Source: Chrysomallon squamiferum
Lineage: Eukaryota > Animalia > Mollusca
NCBI GenBank assembly: GCA_012295275.1
Contig: CM022674.1
Location: forward strand, 6,572,001 to 6,636,000
DNA length: 64,000 bases
Reading direction: 5' to 3'
Part shown: piece by piece, positions 1 through 15,600 of the stretch
How the letters are laid out: each line of letters starts with the position of its first letter
How positions within the stretch are numbered: the first letter of the stretch is position 1
Notes under the pieces: model-generated
What the model was told of the DNA's origin: nothing
What the model saw: the letters and a program-made list of their open reading frames with translations, nothing else
The model's database searches: none
Program-made: the position numbers and the translations under genes

Positions 1-337
1 AACATCATGTTAACATTACCTTCTGTCTTCAGTAGCTAGCCAGACTGTGTCATCAGCAAACATGAACAGCTAACAACAACCACAACAACAACAACAACAA
101 CAACAGCAACAACCACAGCCACAACAACCATCTATATAAACAGTAACAAAACATCACGTTGACATTACCTTCTGTCTTCAGTAGCTAGCCAAACTGTGTC
201 ATCAGCGAACATGAACAGCAACAACAACAACAACAACACCAACAACAACCATCTATATAAACAGTAACAAAACATCACGTTGACATTACCTTCTGTCTTC
301 GGTAGCTAGCCAGACTGTGTCATCAGCGAACATGAAC
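1..337. repeat. Tandem repeat (120-150 bp units) containing an ARHGEF10 exon 3' end plus splice donor
   Basis: The block aacatca(c/t)gtt(g/a)acattaccttctgtcttc..catgaac recurs at 1, 150 and 270, separated by (AAC)n spacers. Confidence 0.85.
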
Positions 338-1620
338 CCTTCTGTGTCCGTCCCGTATCCCTGCACGAGCTCCATGCAGGAAATCTCGCAGTCAGACGCC
401 TTGAAGCACTCCGTCAGACTCGGCTTGATGTTGTGGATGGAGACGATGGCAACCTGCCCTCGGGTGGCCGTTGTCGAGCACACCCACAGGTACTGCACTC
501 CAAGATGGCTGCTTGAATGGAACACTGGGATAGCACATTTCATCTGTATGGATCGAGTTTGGAAGAATTAGAGAAGGAACGGATAAACGGATGGGTGAAA
601 GATGGACAGATGGTTGGATTGATGGATGGATTGGATGGGTGGATGGACAAATGCATGGATGGATGGATGGATGGATGGATAAATATAGGAAATGGATACA
701 AGAATGAATAAATGAATGAATCACCAATTATAAGGTGTGCTCTCACAAGCAAGAAAGTTAGGCAGGATTAGGATGCAGCCCAAAATAACAACAACAACAA
801 CAACAACATTCATAATGATAACTACAGTAACAGTAACGATAATGATAATAATACAATAACAACAGTCATAATGATAATAACAACTCCATTTTGACAATTA
901 AATAACAATAATAATAATGTAATAACAATAAGCAGCAAGAACAACAATAACAACAATAACAACAACATTGACAAGGATAATTACAATAAAAATAGCAATA
1001 ATGATAATACAGTAATAATATTCATAATAATTACAATAACAATAAAATGATAATAATAGCAATAATAACATTTTCAATAACATTCATAATGATAATGACA
1101 ATAACAATAATGATAATAACAATAACAATACTAACAGCTTGCTAATTACAACAACAGTGACAATGACAATAACAATAATGATAATAACAATAACAATACC
1201 AACAGCTTGCTAATTACAACAACAATGACAATAACAATACCAACAACAGTAATAATAATATCAGCACAAAGGTGTAAATGTCTATTATTTAAATACTTAC
1301 CTTTGTATAGTTTCTGGGTACATCAACTGGCAGACATTTCATGAAATATGTTGGGTGCATTGTACTGATGGAATCTGCTACATCCCAACCTGGGTTATTC
1401 TGTTTTTCTAAAAATAATAATATTTAACAATAATAACAATAACAGTAATGATGATAATATTTAACAATAATAACAATAACAATAATGATAATAATATTTT
1501 AAAATAATAATAATGCTAATATTTTGTAATAATAACAATAATGATGTTTATTTCATAATAATAACAATAATGATAATGATAATAATATTTTGTAATAATA
1601 ACAATGATAATGATAACATT

Positions 1621-1651
<31 letters not shown>

Positions 1652-2064
1652 ATTTTGTAATAAAAACAATAAAAATAATATTTTGTAATAATAATAATGA
1701 TAATGATAATAATATTTAGCAATAACAACAATGATAATGATAATAATATTCGGTAATAATAAAAATAATAACAACAACAACAGCAGGCTTAATAAAATTA
1801 TAACAACAACAATAATAAGAAGAAGACACATAATAATAATAATAATAAAAATTCTATTAACAGTAATAATAACAGCAATAATAACAAAAACAATAACCAT
1901 AACAATAATAATAATATTTTTGTGTGTAGGATTTATGAATACATAAACTAAAAATAAATAAATAAAAAAAGATTATTATTATTAATAATAATAGTAATAA
2001 TAACAATAATAATAATAATAATAATAATATTAATAATAATAATAATAATAGTAATAATAATAAT

Positions 2065-2123
<59 letters not shown>

Positions 2124-2293
2124 GTAATAATAATAATAATAATATTAATAATAATAATAACAACATAGTTACCTAGAGCCAGTTTGGCTATGAGAAAATC
2201 CATACACCAGTCATGCTTAATGGTGGGGGTGGGGGTCTGAAACATATACCGGGCATTTTCACTCCTGAAGAACAACACAAACCAAATTAAGAT

Positions 2294-2333
<40 letters not shown>

Positions 2334-4163
2334 GACGACTATATTTTTTAATCATTGTTTTGACATTTCAGTGGTGTTCAGGGTAAAAAAAAACTTGGAA
2401 TCCTGGTTTATACAGGGTTAAAAAAAAAAAACACCACTGAATCCTGAATTATACTGTAGAATCCTTGATTATATGGTGTAAAAAAAAACACTAACAGAAT
2501 CCTAGATTATATATCCATGATGGTAATGCAAGAATCATCAGTAATTAGATTAAATAAGACTGTGATTAATTAATAAAATAAAATATAACAAAAACATACT
2601 TTGAGATGTCACACAGAATAATTGTGCAGCTGTTTACCAGCTGCAGTTGTTCATCTTTAATCCGGATAAACTGCTGTAAATCCCTGACTAGCTCTTGGAT
2701 TAACTCCTCTGTTAAACCCTGCAGTTAAAGAAAAATACATAATACCCAAGAAGATATTTTAATTTTTTTGATAATAGTTTTCTGACAATAGTTTTCATAC
2801 TTTCTGTAATTAAAAACAAAAAGGATCCATTTTTCTATTTTAAATTATGCTTAAATTGTAAAAAAGAAAATATTTTTTATTATATTTATAATAAAAATAA
2901 TAGTAATAAAATAATAATAACAATTATTTTTATTATTATTATTAGTCTAAAATAAACAAGTCATAGGTATCCACAAAAACTAGTGTCATTCTCCAAGTTT
3001 CTTTTTCTCATTTATATAAAAAGTTTTAGTAATGTAATAAAATGTCATTTATCTCTAATATTACATACATTCAAACATTCAAACATACATACACACACAC
3101 ACATACAATTATAAATACATACATACATACATACGTACATACATACGTACATACATAAACTTCAAACTTTAAAACACACACATTCGCTGACAACCAAACC
3201 ACCAACACATGCAAACACACATACATACATATTTACACACACAGACACACGAACATACATATTTTACACACAGACACACAAACGTACACATTTACACACA
3301 CAGACACACAAATGTACATATTTACACACACAGACACACAAACGTACATATTTACACACACAGACACACAAACATACATGTACCTGATAAGGACGTTTGA
3401 GAGATGACATAAGAGTCTGAATCTGACACAGAACGTTGTGGTCATGAACCATGTCTCTCAAATCAGAATACAAGTTAAACGGATCCTCTTCTGGTTTTTC
3501 TGCAAGAAAACATTTAAATTTATCTCAGAATACTAGAATATATTTATGTGCAAACATTTCTTAAGTTTTTTTTTTTTCTTTTTCGTTAGTTTTTTTTATT
3601 TCAAATATGAGTGAATGTAGGTTTGTCTATGAGTGGGTTGATATGTGGGTGTGTGTTTATGTGTGTGTGTGTATGTGTGTGTGTGAGTGAATTATATGTG
3701 TTAGATGGTTGTGTGTCTCTGTGTGTGTATTTTTGATGTGTATATATTCACACCAGCATGAATACTGGTGGTGTGTTTGAATGTATATGCAAATCCTTCA
3801 TAAAAGTAAACATTTTAAATCTTTTTGTACATCTATCTAAAACATTCACACATTCTAAAACTCTCTCTGTGCATCTGTCTGTACTTAAAAAAGGAAAATA
3901 ATGCGAATCTAACCAATCCGTGATGAAATGACGTGAAACTTCTCGACTCCACCACTGAAAACGTTCTTCATGTCTGCAGTAATGGCTGAGTCTTTGATCT
4001 CCAGATCTTTCAGACTCGCCGCCCACTTGAGTCTGTAGCGCTCGGTCCTGTAGCCATCATGTTCCCTTTCAAACAAACAAACATTACACGTCTGAAGCAG
4101 TTGTGTTGTTACAAACATTTCTGGGTTAGTTGATGAAGGGTAAGTGATGTGTTATGGGTACTG

Positions 4164-4197
<34 letters not shown>

Positions 4198-5290
4198 AAG
4201 TAGGAGAAGGTGTGTGTACATGTGGATGTGGGTGTTCTGTTTGTGTCCCTTTCAAATAAATAAACATTAACTACACATCTGAAGCAGCTGTATTGTTACA
4301 AGTGGTAAGATGGCTGTCTTTGATTTTTTTTAATTGTTTGTTGTTTTTGTTTTATTATTTATTTAATTCTTTATTATTCTTATTCTTATTATGTGTGTGT
4401 GTGTGTGTGTGTGTGGAAGGAAGTAGGAGGAGGTGTATGTAGGTGTGGATGTAGGTGCAAGTGTTTTGTGTGTATGTGTGTGTGTGTGTATGTGTGAGTG
4501 TGTGTGTGTGTGTGAGTGTGTGTGCTTATGTTGTATTATTTAGTGTCTATGTATATTTGTTTCTGTGTATTGTACATGTGTATTTAAGAATATGTGTTAT
4601 ATGTGAGCATTTGTATATGTTGTACGTGGGTATTTTTAGGTTTGTACTGGAGTATGCATGCATATGTGATGTATCTATGTGTGTTGTATGTACATGTGTT
4701 CACATATATATGTGCATGGGTGTGTAGGTATGTGTATCTGTCTATTGTGTATTTGTGTTTTTTGTGTATGTGTATGTTGTATTATGTTATGTTAGTGTGT
4801 GTGTGTGTACATATCTCTGTCTGGATGTCTATGTGTATGTGTGCATGTATGTGTCTGTGTGTGTGTGTGTGTTTGTGTGTGAGTATGTGTGTGTGTGTCT
4901 GTTTGTGTGTGCGTGTGTGTGTGTGAGATAAGATTAAAAGACTCACTTTAAACCGACTTTAGCACAAAGTACTGTGTCGTCCATTAACAACAGTCTTATA
5001 TCTTTTGTTTTCAGCTGTCCACTCTCGCCTACCTGTGAACAGTAGAAAATATTTCAATATTATCAAATAAAACGTTTGATTTTTCTGATATAATAAAGGT
5101 AATTATTATACTATGACCAAATCAGAGCAAGTTTCATGACAATTAATCAATAAAATCTGTACTTTTTGAAAATGAACGACGTACCAAAAATAAAATTAAA
5201 ATTTAAAATTAAACAAATAAAGAAAGAAAGAAAGATATTTTTCATTCATTAATTTATTTAATTTTAAAATATTAATTAATTAAATGGGAA

Positions 5291-5329
<39 letters not shown>

Positions 5330-8300
5330 GAATTAAATAAATCAAAAAAATCAAAGGCAGCCATCTTACCACTTGTTCCAAATTATCCTGCCTAAGAAGC
5401 CGTTTCGGTCTGTCAAGCATCGGCCGATTGGCTATCTGGTTTAACTGTCGGATCACCTGATTGGTTATCTGTCTAGCCAGGAACTGCTGCTCACTCCTTC
5501 GTTTCCTCTCGTTCAGCTGGTGAGTAACATTCTCCAGTTCTGTGAGAGCCAGCTGCAGAGCACCCCTGTCATGATGGTCCCTAGGGGTGTACTTCAGTAA
5601 ATCCTGAAATCAAATTATTCTAATGTTAAGTAATAAATAAAACTGAAAAAAATATATATTAAAAGTTATTTATTTATTTATTTTTATTTATTTATTTATT
5701 CGTTCATTCATTTGTTCATTCATTCATTCATTCGGACACTTTCTGTCCATTCTACAGAACATTTTATTGATTAGTTATCTAGTAATTTCTTTTGCCAGTA
5801 AAACTCTTTCTGATTGGTTGGTTATTTATAACAACTGGGGAATACCTGTAGTAACATGATAAACTGTGGAAACCTCTGAACTGGTTTCACCATCAAACCA
5901 AACAGTGACAATCTGTCTTTGTGTTCTCTCTCCTTAGCCTGCAAATTTAAAAATATGTACATTTTTTAATAATTATCATTTTAGACAGACAGTCATGTAG
6001 GAAAAAGGGAAAAGGAAGGAAAGAGAGTGAGAAGGAGATGAGAGAAAGAAAAAGATAGACAGAATGAAAGACAGAAAGACAAACAGACAGACAGACAGAG
6101 AGTGACAGATGGACAGAGAAAGATGGAGAAATAGAGAGAGAAAGAGAGGAAAACAGAGATATAACAGAATATAAGGGACAGAAAAATAAAAAACCAGAAA
6201 AAACAAACAAACAAACTATCAAATTAGAGTAGGAACCATCAATCTTTGAGATCTACACACAGAGAAAACACACCCTTGCAGAAATGCACACACATTTACA
6301 AACACACACACATGCACACGCACACACACACACATACATAATACAGGGATAATGCACATGCATACAAACAAATTTCACCTTTAAAAAATCGCTAAACACT
6401 GGCTTCATTCTCTGCACTGTTTTTATTTCCTCCATTGCAGCTGCAAAACTGTTTACATACGTACTGTAACTTTCCACCAGCATGGATCTCGAAAACTGTA
6501 AAAAAACAAAAAAAAAAAAACATTTTATTACATTTTGTTTTGAAGATGTTATATATAACAAAGACTGCAAAAATCAGCTTTTGGTAGAAGCGACAGAATA
6601 TTTAATTTATTTGATCTTTTTTAAGAATGTAAGTGCATGAAAGTTAAGGCAGTGGGCTGGGTCTCATGGGTATTGTCAAACCATTCTTAATTTGCCAGTG
6701 TTTATTTCTCTGCCAAAATATTGGTGTCGTACAGTTCCTGGTAATGGTCACTACATTTTAAAATGTTGTTAGATACTGTCTGTCTTTCTGTCTTAAACTG
6801 CATAGCTAAATCTTTTGTTTACACAGTGAACATGCTACTGTTAATTTCATTTTAGACTGCAATGAGAGGTTGATATGTTCCTGTTTTTTAGGTTGCTTTA
6901 TCATTAATCATAAGACTGTGCATAAATGTACATTATACACATTTATGCAGACTTCTGTTTTTGACACTAAATCTAGTAGATCTAAATGAGTGAATTCATT
7001 CAGGTATTAACACACACTAATAATGGTCTTGTTCATCTAGCTGCATGTAGTAGTTACAAGAAGCCTGGCATTATTAAGCCTTCAAAGAATTACAATCTTT
7101 TCATCTCATACACTGGCCTAATTATATGCAAATTGCTGCTACTGTTTAAAAAATAAACATGCTTGCAAAATTTGGAAAATTGCTGGGTTTTGACAAAGCT
7201 AGTTACTGTATAAATTATCCTTTTCTTCTGGAATTTACAACTGGAACCTTAAGCAGACGCCATCCATATTAAACAGGGTTTTGTTTACAACTGGATGGAA
7301 CTTTGAAAATGTGCCACTTTACACAGAAATCCAAATTAACCAGTTTTCACAGTCCACATTCACACAAACACAACATATATAACTTTATAATACATAGTCC
7401 CATTATACTGTTTAAATTTTTTTTAATAAACTTCTACAAGAAATGCTCACATGAGTAGAAATGTAACTATGTTTCATACTGCAGTGACTTAGCAGAAAAA
7501 CAGACACTGACAGACAGACATACGTACGGAGGCTGTGAAAATATCGCCAATTTTTTCGTCAGTGTCCCACCGAGCGACTTTGTCTGAGAGTTCAATCTCA
7601 AACATCTTGTGGTGGCTCAGCAACTGGTGAGCTTCAAGAAACACAATCTTAGCATGACTCTTCATCCCAGCCACATGCGACAAAACAGTCTTCTCATAGT
7701 CCTAGAAACAGTAATAGTAGTAATAGTAATAATAGTAATGATAATAATAATAATGATAGTAATAATAATGATAGTAATAATAACAGTAATAATGATAGTA
7801 ATAATAACAGTTATAATAATAATAATAATAATAGTAATAATAATAATAATAAAATAATAAGTTATAATAATAATAATAATAAAATAATAATATTAATAAT
7901 AATAATGATAATGATAATAATAGTAGTAGTAACAAAAACAACAAAATAAATAAATTATATAAACTAAAATAAAATGTTTTACATAGTAAAAATAACAATA
8001 ACAATAATAATAATAAACAAATAAATAATGACAATAATTAATAAATTGGTAATAACACTTCTCTTAAGAAGGAAAACAAACAAATTTGTAGACAGTTTAT
8101 GTAATAAACAGTAATAAATTATGTGCTGTATAAATATTATTTTAATATTTTAAACTCTCCACAGAGAAGGAAATTAAAATCAGCAGAAAAACAATGGCTG
8201 CTCATAACAGATCTGCACTGAATAAAAACCATTTAAACAATTCTATAAAAAACAAAAATAAAAATGACCAATGAAATAAATATTAATTTAAAAAAAAATG

Positions 8301-10326
8301 GAACTCTTTGTTTTGTTTTCTGTATGCTTTTATTATTATTTTTATGATTTTTTATTTTTATTTTTTTTTTGTCATACCTCAGTAATCCTGTGAAGCGAAT
8401 CTACGTATGACTTTTCACTTGATATTATCAGCTCAATCACACATCGTCGTTTTTTCTGAAGAAATATAATAAATAATTCATAAATTTTTTGTATAATTAT
8501 TCACACACACCTACACACACAGACAGACACACATTTAAATCATTTTTCATGTTTTTTAAATTTGAATAAATTCAACTACTTGAAAAACTGATCAGAAAGT
8601 AATTACTTGATTTTCTGAGAGGTTATCGGGAGGGGGAGGTAACTCTGGTGGAGGGTGTTTGTCAGGGTTGATGTCAACTGGAAAACATCGCATGTGTTCT
8701 TCATTTTCACCATCGTCCTTTCTACTCAGACTGGCCACCTTCACGTTTACTTTGTTTAGAAGTACAGGCACCTAAATAAATAAATAAATTAAAAAAAAAA
8801 AAAATGATATATAAATATTTTTTTTTTTTTTTTTTTTTTTTTAAATAGTAAATAAATAAAGAAAATAATAAAATAAAGTTAAATAAAATGAAAAAATAAA
8901 ATAAAAAAATAAAATGAAGCAAAACATAAAAAAATTAATTAACTAATTAATTAATTACAAACATAAATGAATAGTTAAATAAGAACAATAAAAAATAATA
9001 AATATAAATAATAGATAAATAAAATAAAATAAATAAAATAAAATAAATAAAAATAAAATAAAATGAAATGAAATGAAATAAAATAAAATAAAATAAGTTA
9101 AAATAAAATAAAATAAAATGAAATAAAATAAAATTAAATAAAACAAAATAAAACAAAATAAAATAAAATAAATTGAAATGAAATGAAATAACCAATAACA
9201 ATTTAATAAAGAGTAATAATTAAAAGTAATTTTATGCAAATATGTTACGATGCCTGCAGTATGAACACACAAAAAATGAAAATATTACAGTAAGTTATCA
9301 ATTTGTATGAAACTAAATCTGGACAAACTTAATGTTTACAATCCACATCATAAATAGAGATCTGCATAATGCATTTAGAAGAAAAAAAATAGAAACAAAA
9401 ATTCAATTAAAAATTAAAAATTAAAATCAAAAATAAATAATTAAATTAATTACTTAATTAATACAAATATAAAACATGTCCAACACAGTAACGGAAGAAA
9501 TGATCACACAACAATAATATAGTCTAAAAAGTAAACATTATAAAATTTACTTTATGAAATACATTTTAATATCTGTAAATATCACAGTACAAACAAACTA
9601 ATCTAAATGTACATTTTTTTCATAATGATGATGATCATCATTATGAAAAAATATATTAACAACGATGATCATGACTGTGATCATCATAATTAGAAATAAT
9701 ATTAATAAAAATATTTATAATAATCAAGGAGAGAAATGCTCTTAATGACAAATATAACAATAATCAAACATTTTAAACGTTTTTATAAAAACATTCTGGA
9801 GGAAAATGAAAATTTTTCAAAACTGAATTTAATTTTCACAGAATCTTTTAACAAATGATTACTACTAAAATCATTCTTCACTAGACCCAAATTTAAAAAT
9901 AAAAATAAAAAAATAAAAACATATTACAGAAAATTTTAAAAATAATCAAAACACAGTTAGTCAACATTTATAACAAAAACATAAGTTGACAGTATCCTCA
10001 TTATCAACAATTGAGGTTTATGTACAGAATGTTTTAATAAATTAATTTAACATTTAACAATAAAATTCATTCAGAAAATAAATAAACAGAAGTAACATAT
10101 AACTTATATGGGAAATTCACAGCTATAAAACTCCACACTCATCCCAGCATTTCATAAATACAATATGGCTGCCATGCTTTCATAAATAACTTTATAACAA
10201 AGGCTACTGCTCCTAACTAGCTTTTTTCAAACTCAAGCACCTCTACTGCACATAATCAAATATTTCCAAACATTCTACTGTTTTGCATGCATTTTCAAAC
10301 TAATCCTTAACTGTATATGTTCACTA

Positions 10327-10358
<32 letters not shown>

Positions 10359-10359
10359 T

Positions 10360-10401
<42 letters not shown>

Positions 10402-10913
10402 GTATATATATAAATGTGACATAATTGCATGTATGGAATATATATATTTAACAACTACTTTCCTTTTTTATATTAAATTATTTTCTCTGTTAGTATAAAT
10501 ACAAACACTCATACACAGACACATACAATATCATTTACACAAACACATGAACATAACAACACACACACACACGAACACACATACACATGAACACACACAC
10601 AACTAAGTACACATTAAGACACTTTCAAACAGACTTTCTCACAGTTCTCTTTTTTCATTTCATTCAACATATTCTCTTCCCTTCCTCTTTCTCTCTCTCT
10701 CTCTCTCATAAACACAAACACCACGCACACACACATACACACACAAACACACGTACACACACACACAACCACACATTGAAATAGTCCCACATATATCCAT
10801 GAATTTGTGGTATAACTACATCATGCATGGCACACCAACATCCCACAGCAGCTACATAAATCTGTGATCAGTATTTCTTTAACATCTCAACTTTTATAAC
10901 ACAACATCCTGCA

Positions 10914-10945
<32 letters not shown>

Positions 10946-12183
10946 CTTTTTCTTTTTTTATATTTACGTATTTGTCCATTTCATGGTAATAATAAAAAAA
11001 TAAATAAATAAATAAATAAATCCTTGTTGTTAATCAATAAAACTGCCCTTCAATTCATAAAAGATTGTTTCTTATCCAAAATCACTATTATACAGATCAG
11101 GTAGGTTTAGTAAATAATAATAATAATAATAATAATAGCAATAAAATCAATAATTTTAATACTGATATTATGCTTAACATATTATAAAAAGTAATAGTCA
11201 AATATAGTTATGAGACATTTGAAACATATGAGTTCTGATGTTTAAATAAATAAATATTTATTTATTGGTTAAAGCACCTTTCCTAATTAGAAAAATATGT
11301 CTAGCCAATCAGTTGTCATTTTAAAAGCATTAGGATTTTTATGAATAAAATGAATAAATAAATAAATAAATAAATAATAACAATAACAAAACAAAAACAA
11401 TAACAAAAGCACAAATAATAATAATTATATTAAATATTTATTAGTAATTAGTACCAAACACCCATTTTTATTTGATCAAAAATGAGTTAATTTTGGAACA
11501 ATAATTTAATTTTGTTTTTGTCAAAGCAAAGAAAATAACTAGTTTTTAGTAATTAATATAACATAACTGTTATTTAAAAAAGAAAATACCAGTTCCCAAA
11601 TATTTTATAAATTGCTGAATTAATAGAAAATAATCCTGTTAATTAAATGTAAAGGATAGACAGTTCTATATATAATTACATAAATAAAAATAAAACTAAA
11701 AAACTAAAAAAAAAGCAATTTAATAAATTCTTGCTAGTAATATCTTTAAAAAAAATAATAATAATAAAAAAAAAAATAATTTAAAAAAAATGTTATATTA
11801 AAATACAAGCATTTTCCAGTTTAATTTAGGAGAAATACCAAAATTCTCCAAAAGTTTAAAAAAATACCTGAGTCACAGAATTTTGAATCCTGGTTACCAT
11901 GACAACTATGGTGCCACTCACCTGCTGAATAAGTTCCAGCGAATAGTCTTTTGACAGTTTATAGTACTTTCTGGACAAATCATATCCTCGCTGCTTTGGA
12001 AATATTTAATTAATTTAACAGATGTAATATACTGTCATAATGTCACCTCATCATTTATGTTTATTCGCAAAATAACATTCTATTTATACTCAGTGCTTCT
12101 TGAACAATATTACAGAATAAAAAAAAAAAATTAAAACTTTAAAATATGCTAATTATGTGAATTTGTATATCATAAATAATGTT

Positions 12184-12235
<52 letters not shown>

Positions 12236-12602
12236 TCATTTATGATTACGTTTGTAATATTTAAGAAACAAATTAAAAAATAATAATAATAAATAAAATA
12301 AAAAATAAATCTGATAATCACAAAAATTGAAAACAAAAATACAGACTAAATATAATCTAACTAATAAAATAATTTAATCAATTAAGGGTTCATCTTTTTA
12401 TATACTTTCAGTGATTGTTTTATTGTTTTATTGTTAATCTATGTCATAAAAATACTACTACTGAAAAACAAAAATAATTGTTAGGAAAATGAAAGTTATA
12501 AGAGCTAAAACTTGAAACATGTATCAAGATTTAAAAACAAAAATTACATATTTTTAGAATTATTGTAATTTCAAGATAAATAAGTATTAAATAAATAAAT
12601 TA

Positions 12603-12635
<33 letters not shown>

Positions 12636-15600
12636 AATGATAATAATAATATAAAGTTAAAAACAAAAAAAAAAATAATATATAAAATACAAATTGAATA
12701 ATATCAGTAATAGGAATGATAATAAAGTTAATAATTATTATTATTATTCTTATTATTTCATCTCTTCATAATAAAGGTAATAATAATATTCATAAACGAC
12801 ATTACAATGAAATATACAATAAACAGTAACAAACATAAGAGGTTCTACGTGATATAAAAAGACACTGCAGGTTTGATATTTTGTCAGGGGGGGTATTTGG
12901 GGATTCTTTAAAAATAATCTTATTCATTTTAGTGCAGTAAATAACAAAACAGTATCATTATTAATATTCACAGAGAACAATAACTAAACAAATTAAAGTG
13001 TTATTAAGGAGACTTTTTAGGATCCCTGCAACTGTAGAGCTATTTAACAACAAACCAAAGTTGGTGAACAACAAACTTGCTAAAATGAAAAACAAATTTT
13101 TTAATTTTTTTTTACGCTATTTGACAAAGAGAAAAAAGACTGTGAGAGATAGAAAGACACACACAGAGACAGAGTGAATCTGAGACAGAGCTAAAGAGAG
13201 ACTGAAGGTTAAAGAGAAAGAAAGTAAAAAGAGAGAGATAAGGAGGAAGACATGAAGAGATGATAAACTAATGGATGGATGGATGGATGGTCAGACAAAA
13301 GACAGACAGATCCACAGATACATTCACATACCTGGATTGCTTCTTTCTTTGGTTTTGGTGGTAATGGTTTGTCTGGTGCTATGTCAGCAGACACTTCTTC
13401 ATTTTCACTGTACTCCTCAAACTCTGACGATCCCCATCCATCACTGTCATCATCATAATCATCAACATCATAGGAGACATCATAGACATCTTCGTAGATC
13501 TTTTCTTCACCAGCATCTGCGAAAAAAACCCAGAATGAATGAATGAATGATTTCATACACAATTTTTAGTTTCGTAAACAGTGTATGTTTTTTTTACACA
13601 CAGTTTATATTGCTTTCTTATTTTCAAAGCTCAACAAATTTATTTAAGATCTTGTTTTTTTTCATTCAATATCATCAGTTATTTTGGGTTTTTTTTTTTT
13701 TTTTTTAATTGTTTCTTTTTATTTTTATTATTAAATTAATATTAAAAGAAAAAGTGTTTGACCAATTATCTGAAGTTAAAAGTTATTCCTGATTAACAAA
13801 CTAATGATACAAGAAAAAAAGAGGCAATTAATAAACAATTCAAAATAAAATGTAGACAAAAGTGAATATCAGTGAAAATTTCCATTTTCAGGCAAAATAA
13901 AAAATACAGAATATTAATTACATGCATCCTAAAACTCATTAAGAGCTTTTCAAAAAAATGATATTAATTTATTCCTTAAATAAATATTTAAATTGTTCAT
14001 GACTTCTTCCAAACATAAAAATAATTTTATGGCAAGATATTTTAAAATCTATTATTTATTTAATTAGTTGTTTATATATATATATATTTTACAAACAATA
14101 GCTTTATTTCCTATAATATTTTTATTTCACAATTATTTATTCCATTGTGTGTGATTCTGATTTAACAAACATTCCTGCAAAATAATACCTGTGGTTAAGA
14201 TATGGTTACTAATACCAGTAAAAATCTGTTTAATATGGGCTGTAATTGCAGGTTTTTTTGCACTGATAAATAATGCATGCTTTGTTCATGTACTCTGAAG
14301 CAGGGATTAGAAACCTGAGTTTATTTACCTGAGTCATAAAGTCAAAACTTGGTACACATATCGTGTACAGACGATAGTTAATAAACATTAAAAACTCATT
14401 ACAGTAGGTAACTGCCCAGGTGGTCTGATCATCCTGGACATTCATGCATATTTTTATGCATTTTGTAATGTTTCCTGAACTTTGGACTCTAACTACATTA
14501 TTAATATTTAACTGGATTCGGATAATCTTTTCCATAATGAAACATCCATAGTAAAATACCTCAAAACAATCAACAGTTTGTTTCTATGACAAATATTCAT
14601 AAAGTAATAGACCTCCAGAATAAACAAAATATAAGTTCTGAATGACAAAATACTAAATTTTAGTTTAGATGTCTCCTGATCAAAAACTATCACAGATATG
14701 TAAAAAATGACTCCATTTTTATATTCTCCAGGTATGAAATTTCAGTTCAGTATCTCTATAATAATTAAAGTTATTAGCTATCAAAAATGTTGTGACATAC
14801 TTTTCATATACATCTTTATTTATTTGTACTTACTTACTTATTTACTTACTTACTTACTTACTTACTTACTCATTTATTTATTTATTTATTTATAATATAT
14901 CACTCTTCCTCAATGGCACAAACAATTTTCATACCAATTTTTCTCCCTGTTCCTGTTTTATCTGACTCCAAAGTCTTCTCACTCTGTGGCTTCATCTTCT
15001 TCCGAGTCTGCGCCTTCGACAACTGCAGCCTGCTGTAGCCACCACCTTCTGCCGATCTCGTTGGCAATGTTTTCAACGGCGACACAACGCTGTCAGGGTC
15101 ACACAGAAACTTGACCGACACCGGACGTCCAGTGCCTTGTTTACACGAGGCATATCCTGGCATCGTTCCTCCCCCATACATATTTCCTGCAGGTATGGGG
15201 GAGGCCAGTTCGTAAATACTTCTCTGTGGTTGTTGAAATTTTGTCTCCAACATCTGCTTTCTTTTTTGAAAACGACCTCTGGCCTCATAAGCTGTTTCGT
15301 AAACTGGTTCTGCAGGATTTGTTACTGTTTCTGCATTGTTTATAAATGGTCCAGCCATTTCATAGATTGTTGATGTCGAAGCCATGTCAGTGGTTTGATT
15401 CGACAAAGCATTTTCCACCAGCTGTTCTGAAGAGTTGTTTTTCATTTCGTAAATGGGCTGGCATTTTTCTACATCAGTAAAATCAGCGAAAGGATCGTCT
15501 CTCTTAGGAATATCATGATCGGCGATAAAGTCATTTTCAAATGTGTTTGTTACCTCGGGTTTCAAAGTTTGATCTGAATCAGGATTTGAGTCAAATGCTT

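Noticed and set aside
898-2278. Poly-Ile/Leu/Tyr and CV-repeat ORFs here and throughout the introns
   Set aside because: Translations of (AAT)n, (GT)n and (AAAT)n microsatellites; only the embedded real exons are coding.
14230-14693. Intronic ORFs of 101 and 61 aa in ARHGEF10
   Set aside because: AT-rich, no motifs, and not needed for a phase-consistent gene model.
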